A DNA stretch of 64,000 nucleotides from a virus. Location of the stretch: positions 64,001-128,000 of the IMG/VR virus record IMGVR_UViG_3300046779_001412, one strand, 5' to 3'. The notes beneath the pieces were generated by a model, which searched no databases, was not told the origin of the DNA, and saw nothing but the letters and a program-made list of their open reading frames with translations. Positions 31,309 through 38,093 of this stretch are shown here, one piece after another; position 1 is the stretch's first letter, and every line of letters begins with the position of its first letter. The position numbers were made by a program, and so were the translations under genes.

Positions 31309-31380
31309 TGGCGGGCCTTTGCAGGAATTGAACCTACTACTCTATCCTTTGGAGGGATACGAGATCGCCAGAGTAGACCC
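31309..31380 (-). tRNA. degenerate tRNA-Trp(CCA)-like RNA without a paired D arm
   Basis: Anticodon arm TATCC-CTCCAAA-GGATA, T arm and GCCA end present; D region unpaired. Confidence 0.55.
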
Positions 31381-31388
31381 ATAAAACT

Positions 31389-31476
31389 TGGCGGAGAGTA
31401 TAGGATTCGAACCTATGCGCCACTTTCGCAACGACAGTTTAGCAAACTGCTGCCTTAACCACTCGGCCAACTCTCC
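31389..31476 (-). tRNA. tRNA-Ser(GCT)
   Basis: Loop TTGCTAA, long variable arm. Confidence 0.95.
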
Positions 31477-31483
31477 ATGTTAC

Positions 31484-31512
31484 ATTATACCTAGATTGGT
31501 ATTTTATGTCAA
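31484..31512 (-). promoter_or_regulatory. consensus sigma70 promoter inside tRNA array
   Basis: TTGACA-17-TATAAT. Confidence 0.85.
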
Positions 31513-31520
31513 AGGTTATT

Positions 31521-31594
31521 TGGTGCCCCTTGACAGAATCGAACTGCCAATCCCGGATTACAAAACCGGTGTTATGCCATTTAACTAAAGGGGC
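31521..31594 (-). tRNA. tRNA-Thr(TGT)
   Basis: Loop TTTGTAA, CCA. Confidence 0.88.
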
Positions 31595-31732
31595 TCTTGG
31601 TCCTCTTGATCTGGTATATGTGGTACACGTTGTGCCAACCACATCCAATACCAGATCAATGGGATACAACATATAAAAAATAAAAATGGGCGCATTCTTT
31701 TAGTTAGTATGCACTGTTATTTTGGAAATATT

Positions 31733-31822
31733 TGGCGGAAGCGGTGAGATTCGAACTCACGGTACCTTTCGATACGTCTGTTTTCAAGACAGGTGCAATC
31801 AACCGGACTCTGCCACACTTCC
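31733..31822 (-). tRNA. tRNA-Ser(TGA)
   Basis: Loop CTTGAAA, long variable arm. Confidence 0.93.
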
Positions 31823-31827
31823 ATCAC

Positions 31828-31901
31828 TGGTGCTCCCAACTGGTAACGATCCAGTGTCGCTACATTACCAATGTAGTGTAATGCCTTTATACTATAGGAG
31901 C
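31828..31901 (-). tRNA. tRNA-Thr(GGT)
   Basis: Loop TTGGTAA; T loop ATCGTTA. Confidence 0.88.
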
Positions 31902-31902
31902 T

Positions 31903-31980
31903 TGGTAGCGATGGAGGGATTCGAGCCCCCGATCTTCCGCGTATGAAGCGGCTGCATTGAACCAACTATGCTACATCGCT
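31903..31980 (-). tRNA. tRNA-Met or Ile2 (CAT)
   Basis: Loop TTCATAC, fully paired acceptor stem. Confidence 0.85.
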
Positions 31981-31986
31981 GTTGTA

Positions 31987-32060
31987 TGGTAGTCAGTACT
32001 GGTAACGATCCAGTGTCTCACGGTTATCAGCCGTGTGCTCTGCCCTTGAGCTAACCGACT
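31987..32060 (-). tRNA. tRNA-Ile(GAT)
   Basis: Loop CTGATAA; T loop ATCGTTA. Confidence 0.9.
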
Positions 32061-32062
32061 AT

Positions 32063-32136
32063 TGGCTCCGGTGGAGGGAATCGAACCCCCACTAACGGTT
32101 TTGGAGACCGCCGCGCTGCCATTACACCACACCGGA
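32063..32136 (-). tRNA. tRNA-Trp(CCA)
   Basis: Loop CTCCAAA, G73. Confidence 0.92.
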
Positions 32137-32144
32137 ATAACTTT

Positions 32145-32222
32145 TGGAGCATCGGGCTGGATTTGAACCAGCGAATCGAGAGTTTTGCAGACTCCGCCAT
32201 TGGGCCGCTCTGGTACCGATGC
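32145..32222 (-). tRNA. tRNA-Cys(GCA)
   Basis: Loop CTGCAAA, U73. Confidence 0.9.
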
Positions 32223-32225
32223 ATA

Positions 32226-32516
32226 TTAATCTTCTTCGTCAAACTCACCTGAGTTATGACAATAGCCTTTCAATGTACCTATAACCAAGTCTTGGTCGGA
32301 TACCACAAACACATTGTATTCTGCACGACGAAACGGATTCATTCTAGGTATGTCTCTACGTGCGTCAGTGTCAAATGGCAAAGGTTCAACTTTGACATTA
32401 CCTGAATGCTCGTATGTCTCTGCTACACGCCCTATGATAATTCTGTTGTTATGGCAGGTTAATACAGTGGAACCTGTTTTAATTGTTGTTCCTAAAATAT
32501 CTTTTAAGCCTGTCAC
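32226..32516 (-). CDS. hypothetical protein
   Basis: GTG start after GGAGG, between tRNAs. Confidence 0.6.
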   Translation of the reverse strand: MTGLKDILGTTIKTGSTVLTCHNNRIIIGRVAETYEHSGNVKVEPLPFDTDARRDIPRMNPFRRAEYNVFVVSDQDLVIGTLKGYCHNSGEFDEED

Positions 32517-32544
32517 AAACCCTCCATTAAAGTTTTGGCTACGT

Positions 32545-32618
32545 TGGGGTGAAGTGGGGAATCGAACCCTCTCTGACTGTTTCACAGACAGCCGTGCAGC
32601 CATTACACTAACAACACC
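32545..32618 (-). tRNA. tRNA-His(GTG)
   Basis: Loop CTGTGAA, G-1/C73. Confidence 0.85.
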
Positions 32619-32619
32619 A

Positions 32620-32874
32620 TTAAGTTTTGTCAAGTGGAATTTCTTCCACTGGATCAGTCATAATTGATTCTACTACAAACACATCAAACACAGCGTCATC
32701 TTCGGGATGACAAATTTCTTCTAGGAATTTGTGTCCAAATTTGGTACGCCAGTGAATAAAACGTTGCTTGTGGCTATCCCACCGTGCCACACTGGCATTA
32801 CGACAACTGCCATTATAGTACAAACCGTGTTCAAGGTCAACCTTGGCAATTTTGGGTGTATAATCTGTTAACAC
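32620..32874 (-). CDS. hypothetical protein
   Basis: AGGAG RBS. Confidence 0.65.
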   Translation of the reverse strand: MLTDYTPKIAKVDLEHGLYYNGSCRNASVARWDSHKQRFIHWRTKFGHKFLEEICHPEDDAVFDVFVVESIMTDPVEEIPLDKT

Positions 32875-32891
32875 TGCTAACTCCTAATAGT

Positions 32892-32966
32892 TGGTGGACC
32901 GACGGGGAGTCAAACCCCGACTTCTCGGGTGCAAACCGAGTGTGCTCTCGCTATCACTATCAGCCC
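32892..32966 (-). tRNA. tRNA-Ala(TGC)
   Basis: Loop TTTGCAC, G3:U70. Confidence 0.9.
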
Positions 32967-32972
32967 TGATAT

Positions 32973-33051
32973 TGGCTCCGCATTAGAGAATCGAACTCTA
33001 CTAGCCAGTGATTAACAGTCACGCCCATGCACCTTGCTCGGGTTCTGCGGA
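32973..33051 (-). tRNA. tRNA-Asn(GTT)
   Basis: Loop CTGTTAA. Confidence 0.88.
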
Positions 33052-33058
33052 ATTGGTT

Positions 33059-33151
33059 TGGTGGGTGTCCACGGATTTGAACCGCGAATGTTTACCACGA
33101 GGGACCGATTTTACAGACCGGTGTAGCACACGCCATAGCTACAAGACACCC
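33059..33151 (-). tRNA. tRNA-Tyr(GTA)
   Basis: Loop CTGTAAA, long variable region. Confidence 0.85.
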
Positions 33152-33154
33152 AAT

Positions 33155-33406
33155 TTAATTTTGATTTAGATCTTTGGCATCCACACAGGTGCCACCTTTG
33201 AAAACGTAGATATCGCTGTCTACGCGAATTTGTTCAAACACATGATTGTTCACACACACGTAAGGATCTTTGTGATTTTGCACAGCATAGTACACGCCAA
33301 ATCCTATGCCTGCCAGCAACATTATCACAGGCAGGTATTTCAAATACTTGACTATTTCGGGCAGCGCACTGAGAATCTGCGGAAGATTTTTAAGCAATTC
33401 CTTCAT
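33155..33406 (-). CDS. small membrane protein
   Basis: One TM segment; follows TAAATA. Confidence 0.6.
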   Translation of the reverse strand: MKELLKNLPQILSALPEIVKYLKYLPVIMLLAGIGFGVYYAVQNHKDPYVCVNNHVFEQIRVDSDIYVFKGGTCVDAKDLNQN

Positions 33407-33435
33407 GACTGTATTTACGTCAGTGCCTGCTGATC

Positions 33436-33510
33436 TGGCGGTCCCAAGGGGTAACGATCCCCTTCTTTCAGCGTGACAGGCTGATGTGCGTCCATGAACA
33501 CTTTAGAACC
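33436..33510 (-). tRNA. tRNA-Asp(GTC)
   Basis: Loop CTGTCAC; T loop ATCGTTA. Confidence 0.88.
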
Positions 33511-33522
33511 AGATTTTATAGG

Positions 33523-33660
33523 TAAGCGCCGAGAGAATGTCAATTTAGACGTCCTGCGCTAACAGTGTCAAAGCCGAGACCAGTTATATTAGGACTCGTC
33601 CCCGGCCGGGAGAGCCCGAATAGTGTGTGCGTCCACACACGATACCTGTATCGACGCTTA
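33523..33660 (-). ncRNA. candidate structured ncRNA
   Basis: Closing stem TAAGCGTCGA/TCGGCGCTTA; internal GTGTGTG/CACACAC hairpin. Confidence 0.5.
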
Positions 33661-33678
33661 ACTATAAAATCTAATAAA

Positions 33679-33829
33679 TGCTCTGCGACCCCTGGCGGTA
33701 ATTATACCGTATTGCTACGGCCTCCACCCGCTCCACAACAGGGTCCGTTCTCGCATTGCCAGCGCACTTTCGGTTTAAAGTGTACCACCCGTGCTTGTCA
33801 AGGCACTTCTCATCCTCCGGGTCAGAGTA
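33679..33829 (-). ncRNA. candidate structured ncRNA
   Basis: Closing CTCTG-ACCC/GGGT-CAGAG; CCGTA-GCAA-TACGG; CACTTT/AAAGTG. Confidence 0.5.
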
Positions 33830-33971
33830 TCCAGTGACGCTGGAACGTTCTTTATGGTAGTTGGTCGCTACGCCAACTTTTGCTTTCACAAGGATACCTT
33901 TACAGGTTTCGCATTATAGGTTATTTCAGCGCACAGCGAATTTCTTCACTAAACCCAAACCTTGCTACATT

Positions 33972-34036
33972 ACCATATTGAAACACACTATGCCACGCTC
34001 TGAACCTGGACTCTTAGTAATGTGTTTTAATATGGT
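33972..34036 (-). repeat. constant-stem hairpin, copy A (tRNA-Glu trailer)
   Basis: ACCATATTAAAACACAT...AGTGTGTTTCAATATGGT. Confidence 0.8.
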
Positions 34037-34107
34037 ACACGGTAGGGGAATCGAACCCCTCTTCCATCCGTGAAAGGGATGTGTCCTAACCGATAGACGA
34101 ACCGTGC
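34033..34107 (-). tRNA. tRNA-Glu(TTC)
   Basis: Loop CTTTCAC, CCA. Confidence 0.93.
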
Positions 34108-34109
34108 AT

Positions 34110-34476
34110 AAAATCTTGAAGGTTCCTATAAAGCCCATCGTCACCTACAACCATTGGGTAGTTTCCTACCATCTGATCTAATGCTAACAAGGAACTGACT
34201 GTTACATGATGCTGAAGTCATATTACTGCATCAAACCCTTGCTGAACCCTTGCGGGACGATTCGCACTTGATCGTTTTACTCAAAATATTGAATCAGCTA
34301 CTTGTTTTCCATGCAAGCCCTGAAACCGAGTTGTTACCCTGTCCATCCCTTTTATTCTGTGTCTGTGTGCAGAGGGATACTGCCTATCAGAGTCTGGGTT
34401 ACCCCGCTAACGGTTTTCTGCCACCGGATCTCTATCGCTAATCAAACGCTACTTTCAGGAAAGTAGTAACCGGAAC
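34110..34476 (-). ncRNA. candidate large structured ncRNA(s)
   Basis: No credible ORF; three GNRA-capped hairpins on the minus strand. Confidence 0.5.
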
Positions 34477-34553
34477 TGGTTGCGGGAAACAGGAATCGAA
34501 CCTGATGTCTTTGGCTTATGAGACCAACGAGTAAACCGTTTCTCCCTCCCGCC
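34477..34553 (-). tRNA. tRNA-Met(CAT), initiator-like
   Basis: Loop CTCATAA; 1:72 mismatch with A72/A73. Confidence 0.85.
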
Positions 34554-34572
34554 GCTGTATTGTATTTTGTCT

Positions 34573-34601
34573 ATTATAACAAAAAGAATTTTATTGGTCA
34601 A
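34573..34601 (-). promoter_or_regulatory. sigma70-type promoter
   Basis: TTGACC-17-TATAAT. Confidence 0.8.
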
Positions 34602-34676
34602 CCATATAGAAACACACTATCCTAGATAACCTCTTTGGGACGGACTTTAACCGTTCGAAATGTGTTTTTATATGGT
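34601..34676 (-). repeat. constant-stem hairpin, copy B (tRNA-Lys trailer)
   Basis: ACCATATAAAAACACAT...AGTGTGTTTCTATATGGT. Confidence 0.8.
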
Positions 34677-34749
34677 AGGTGCGGTGAGACTTGAACTCAC
34701 AACTTATCGGTTAAAAGCCGATTACTCTAGCCAGTTGAGTTACGCACCC
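34673..34749 (-). tRNA. tRNA-Lys(TTT)
   Basis: Loop CTTTTAA, CCA. Confidence 0.95.
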
Positions 34750-34781
34750 TTCATCTTGCCACTATCCATAACAGGATCTCC

Positions 34782-35006
34782 TTATTTGTTTTTTTGAAAG
34801 TACTCTTCAGCCAGTGCATCTTCTGCTAGTTCTCTAGCACGACGCTGTTCTTGCGTTTCTTCTGTTTCTAATTGTTCATTCATTTGTTTAATGTTTGACA
34901 CAATATGTTCTTTGCTGCTTACTTCACCACGTAACTTAGCCAATTCTCGTTCGTATCTGGCCACAAGACCTGGTGTTACGTGTTTTTTTATCCATTCTGT
35001 AGTCAT
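34782..35006 (-). CDS. hypothetical coiled-coil protein
   Basis: AGGAG RBS. Confidence 0.65.
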   Translation of the reverse strand: MTTEWIKKHVTPGLVARYERELAKLRGEVSSKEHIVSNIKQMNEQLETEETQEQRRARELAEDALAEEYFQKNK

Positions 35007-35043
35007 AATTAATCTCCTGCTAGATGGGATTCTTGGATTCTAA

Positions 35044-35115
35044 ACCATATTGAAACACACTACTCTCTTTGTGGTCGCCGCCGCGGAACGGCATCGCAAT
35101 GTGTTTCAATATGGT
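35044..35115 (-). repeat. constant-stem hairpin, copy C (directly after a promoter)
   Basis: ACCATATTGAAACACAT...AGTGTGTTTCAATATGGT. Confidence 0.8.
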
Positions 35116-35127
35116 CCCAATATTGAT

Positions 35128-35156
35128 ATTGTAAGACAATCACAAATATTGGTCAA
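35128..35156 (-). promoter_or_regulatory. sigma70-type promoter
   Basis: TTGACC-17-TACAAT. Confidence 0.7.
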
Positions 35157-35289
35157 CCATATGTTGGGATCAACACCCCAACCAGGAGTCTTACCATCTG
35201 CGTTGCCGCCACAGATTTCATGTGTCCTGTCCGCCCGTTTGTGATTTTTAATGAATCACTGGTCCTCGTTACCTTAAACATCTTGACAA

Positions 35290-35448
35290 TTACAAATTAA
35301 CTATTCTAGCCTCTTGTACTTGTCTAAATCCTTGTTGCATTAGCTTGGCACGCTCGAACTTAGCTTCGATCAACTTGGCCAAATCTTCTGCTGTTAAAAC
35401 ATGCTCCTTAAGCTGATGCAAACTTTTTTCATCTCTATTTTCTTTCAT
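35290..35448 (-). CDS. 52-aa hypothetical protein, first gene after the attenuator
   Basis: Manual translation MKENRDEKSL...; AAGG RBS. Confidence 0.55.
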   Translation of the reverse strand: MKENRDEKSLHQLKEHVLTAEDLAKLIEAKFERAKLMQQGFRQVQEARIVNL

Positions 35449-35464
35449 AATACCTTATAAAAAC

Positions 35465-35537
35465 AAAAAACCCTGGAGTTTTCACTTCCAGGGTCTAGTA
35501 GATTGATATTGCTTGATGCTTGATCTACTCAGACCCT
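35465..35537 (-). terminator. attenuator: terminator 35465..35494 overlapping antiterminator 35490..35537
   Basis: ACCCTGGA/TCCAGGGT plus U tract competes with AGGGTCT-G-AGTAGAT/ATCTACT-AGACCCT for ACCCT. Confidence 0.75.
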
Positions 35538-35650
35538 CTGCTATCACTATTCTCGATCGCACGGGGATATCCAAACTGGAGCCATGTAGGTAGGCCTACC
35601 AACGTTGAACATTTGTGCATCTGAGATAATGAAAGTTTTGTAGTCATCAT
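35525..35650 (-). CDS. putative leader peptide (41 aa, all 20 amino acids)
   Basis: MMTTKLSLSQMHKCSTLVGLPTWLQFGYPRAIENSDSRGSE*; stop lies in the antiterminator 5' arm. Confidence 0.7.
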   Translation of the reverse strand: MMTTKLSLSQMHKCSTLVGLPTWLQFGYPRAIENSDSRGSE

Positions 35651-35657
35651 AGTGTGT

Positions 35658-35686
35658 ATTTTACATTTTTATTTATACTAGGTCAA
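35658..35686 (-). promoter_or_regulatory. sigma70 promoter with embedded TATAAATA, giving a leaderless uORF transcript
   Basis: TTGACC-17-TAAAAT, then 7 nt, then ATG. Confidence 0.75.
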
Positions 35687-35738
35687 TTGGTATTTTGGTT
35701 ATTTTTTTCTTAATTTTACCAAAAATCTTGTTACTTTG

Positions 35739-36101
35739 TTAACTTTTTGGCAATCCATCTACATAACGACCAAGATCACCATACAGTGCCATCATCATGG
35801 CTTCTTTGCTGCCAAAAAACGTAATACGGCGTCTGCGATCCAGATGATAGGGCCATTCCTGACCTCGATCTAATCTCAACAGCATGCCCTGACTGATCAT
35901 CTGATCTCTGGGTATTACAAACTCATGACATTCTATTTCGGCTAGATCTTGAAATATCACCAACCCACGATCAGTTAGTGCCAAGCCTCCCCTGGGCCTA
36001 ATGTTACGCCACCAGGTATGCATCGCAGTATCTAGGCTCACACGATGCTGCTCGGGCAGAAGCTCTAGGATTTTTTTGGTAATGTCAGCTTTGCGATTCA
36101 C
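35739..36101 (-). CDS. hypothetical protein
   Basis: Operon ORF, probable GTG start. Confidence 0.6.
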   Translation of the reverse strand: MNRKADITKKILELLPEQHRVSLDTAMHTWWRNIRPRGGLALTDRGLVIFQDLAEIECHEFVIPRDQMISQGMLLRLDRGQEWPYHLDRRRRITFFGSKEAMMMALYGDLGRYVDGLPKS

Positions 36102-36405
36102 TGGCAGTTCCAGTGATTGTGGGATACACCTGATCCCCTGCACGCAGCAAAACCACTGTGAACTTGTTGGTGCGGAATTGTGTATTGAGTTTTTTAGCTA
36201 AATTGATGGCATGGCCCGGATTACTAAAACTAACTTTTTTATATTTTGGGCCAGGAAATTGCTGCAACATGTTGGCTGTTTTTAGATTGATTGGAGCATT
36301 GTCAAAAAACACAGCCCATATTCCTTCACTGGCCAATACCTGCTCTGTACGATATGTATTTTTGTCAGTTAGTTCTACTAGAATTTTTGGCTTTGGTCTA
36401 GACAC
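36085..36405 (-). CDS. hypothetical protein
   Basis: AGGAG RBS after TAAATA. Confidence 0.7.
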   Translation of the reverse strand: MSRPKPKILVELTDKNTYRTEQVLASEGIWAVFFDNAPINLKTANMLQQFPGPKYKKVSFSNPGHAINLAKKLNTQFRTNKFTVVLLRAGDQVYPTITGTASESQS

Positions 36406-36454
36406 AGCATCTCCTTACTTCAGTTCTATATTTATGCCAAAAACCATGTAGTTT

Positions 36455-36661
36455 TTATTTAAAGCCACCGCCAGAAACTTCAATATTAACAACATCTGGT
36501 TCTGTGCTTTTTTGCTCAGCCAACCTCTGTAGTTGCATCAAAAGTTTAGTGATGTCTGCATGTAGATCTCGTGCATCTTGCAGTGGCATCACAAAGTCAC
36601 GGGCCGCGCGACTTTCGTGAGCTTTGAGTCGATCCACAAAGCGATTGATATGCATGCTCAT
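36455..36661 (-). CDS. hypothetical protein
   Basis: ATGA-coupled ORF. Confidence 0.65.
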   Translation of the reverse strand: MSMHINRFVDRLKAHESRAARDFVMPLQDARDLHADITKLLMQLQRLAEQKSTEPDVVNIEVSGGGFK

Positions 36662-37092
36662 TGTGCTTCCTTGTCAGTGTGAAATGGTCCGTGGTATGGA
36701 TAGCGTTGCAGCGTGATTAACTTGGGATTACGTATAACTTGCCAGGTGCGATTTTGCATCACTCGATACCATCCAGCTGCATACCAACTCTTGCTTTTGC
36801 GAGTCTTAGTAAACAGCGGTAGTTGTCGGCGCACTTCATAGATTCCATTGTATGCAGCACATCCAGTATCAAACCCGTGTACTTGATTCTGTGGTTTCTT
36901 GTTGGTCTTTACAGCAGGCTCAAAGTCAATACCTATGCGCTGTTTTATCATGCGGACATTTTTGTAATTCTCCACTTGATCTAGGATTTGTACAGTGAAT
37001 CCATTGGCAGTGGCCTGTATGTTTCCTATCTTTTCATCATCTTGTTTTAAGATCCAAAACCGATCAGGTACCACTGGTTTAGCAATTATCAT
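36658..37092 (-). CDS. hypothetical protein
   Basis: Operon ORF. Confidence 0.7.
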   Translation of the reverse strand: MIIAKPVVPDRFWILKQDDEKIGNIQATANGFTVQILDQVENYKNVRMIKQRIGIDFEPAVKTNKKPQNQVHGFDTGCAAYNGIYEVRRQLPLFTKTRKSKSWYAAGWYRVMQNRTWQVIRNPKLITLQRYPYHGPFHTDKEAQ

Positions 37093-38086
37093 TTAATGTT
37101 CCTGTATATACTGTGTTAAGCCATTGAGCATACTGTTCTGCCTGTTCGCTGATTTTTTGCAGATCGAACTTGCCACAGAATCTCATGAATCTCACGCCCA
37201 CTTGACCTATGTCTTTGTGAGCAATTTGTTCACGTATGGCGGTGTCCACTTTGTGTTTGACATCGTCCGGTTGTGCTGTGAGATCAATTAGTTGTCGGTT
37301 GCGATTGTAGTCATCAAGTACACGGTGCTCACTGCCGTTGTGGTCTGTCCAACGCTGCAACATTAAATTGTTCCAACTATATCCACGAGCGTGTCTATCT
37401 TCAAACGCTTCCATTAATCCTACTTTGTTTTTTGTGCCCTTGGTTCTAACGCCCGGGTAGGCAGAAAACACATTGTCTGATGCATCGCCACGCATGCATT
37501 TTTCAAACAATAACCATTCTGGGTCGGGGATACGTTTAGGTTGTTTTGTTTTTTTATCTACGACTTCGCGACCACGTGCATCAAATATGCCTTCTAGTGT
37601 GATCAATTCATCTTGAATGCCATTGAATTGATTTACATTAGGTGCTATGAGTTGCACAAAATCAGTGTCACTGCTAACGATGGTGTGATGATCTTGGGGA
37701 TGCAGATGTATCCATCTAGCAATAATATCGTCAGCTTCTGCTTCAGGGTGTCGGACTACCGAGCAATTTGTTCCTTGCTCTAGGTATTTAGTAAAGTGAT
37801 CATAGGTTTCCCAAAACACTCGATCTTCTTCGGCTTCAGCTTCGGTTAGAGCAGCTCGTGCAACTGCTCTATTTGCTTTGTATGGCTTGTAGAAATCCTT
37901 CCGCCAGCTGCGTCCTTCAAGTGCGAACAAAACATGATCTGCGTTGAATTTCTTTGCTACTTTGTTGATTGCAGCAAGAGTGATGTGCAGTGCATAGCCT
38001 ACCTTTTCCTCAGTGGAACTGGCTCGATGCGCAACATGTCTAGCCCGGAAAAACATGTTGGCAGTGTCAATCAGCAGATAGTGCAT
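37079..38086 (-). CDS. 5'-3' exonuclease / T4 RNase H-like flap nuclease
   Basis: LIDTAN, YKANR, EADDII, SSDTDF, GDASDN. Confidence 0.92.
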   Translation of the reverse strand: MHYLLIDTANMFFRARHVAHRASSTEEKVGYALHITLAAINKVAKKFNADHVLFALEGRSWRKDFYKPYKANRAVARAALTEAEAEEDRVFWETYDHFTKYLEQGTNCSVVRHPEAEADDIIARWIHLHPQDHHTIVSSDTDFVQLIAPNVNQFNGIQDELITLEGIFDARGREVVDKKTKQPKRIPDPEWLLFEKCMRGDASDNVFSAYPGVRTKGTKNKVGLMEAFEDRHARGYSWNNLMLQRWTDHNGSEHRVLDDYNRNRQLIDLTAQPDDVKHKVDTAIREQIAHKDIGQVGVRFMRFCGKFDLQKISEQAEQYAQWLNTVYTGTLNDNC

Positions 38087-38093
38087 GGGTCAC

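Noticed and set aside
29973-34441. ORF-track calls overlapping tRNAs (e.g. 31159..31458, 31717..31965, 33565..33837, 34250..34441)
   Set aside because: They are chance frames across tRNA and structured RNA sequence.
33972-35115. CRISPR array interpretation of the GAAACAC-containing repeats
   Set aside because: The units are inverted-repeat hairpins hundreds of bases apart, not regularly spaced direct repeats, and no cas gene is in the window.
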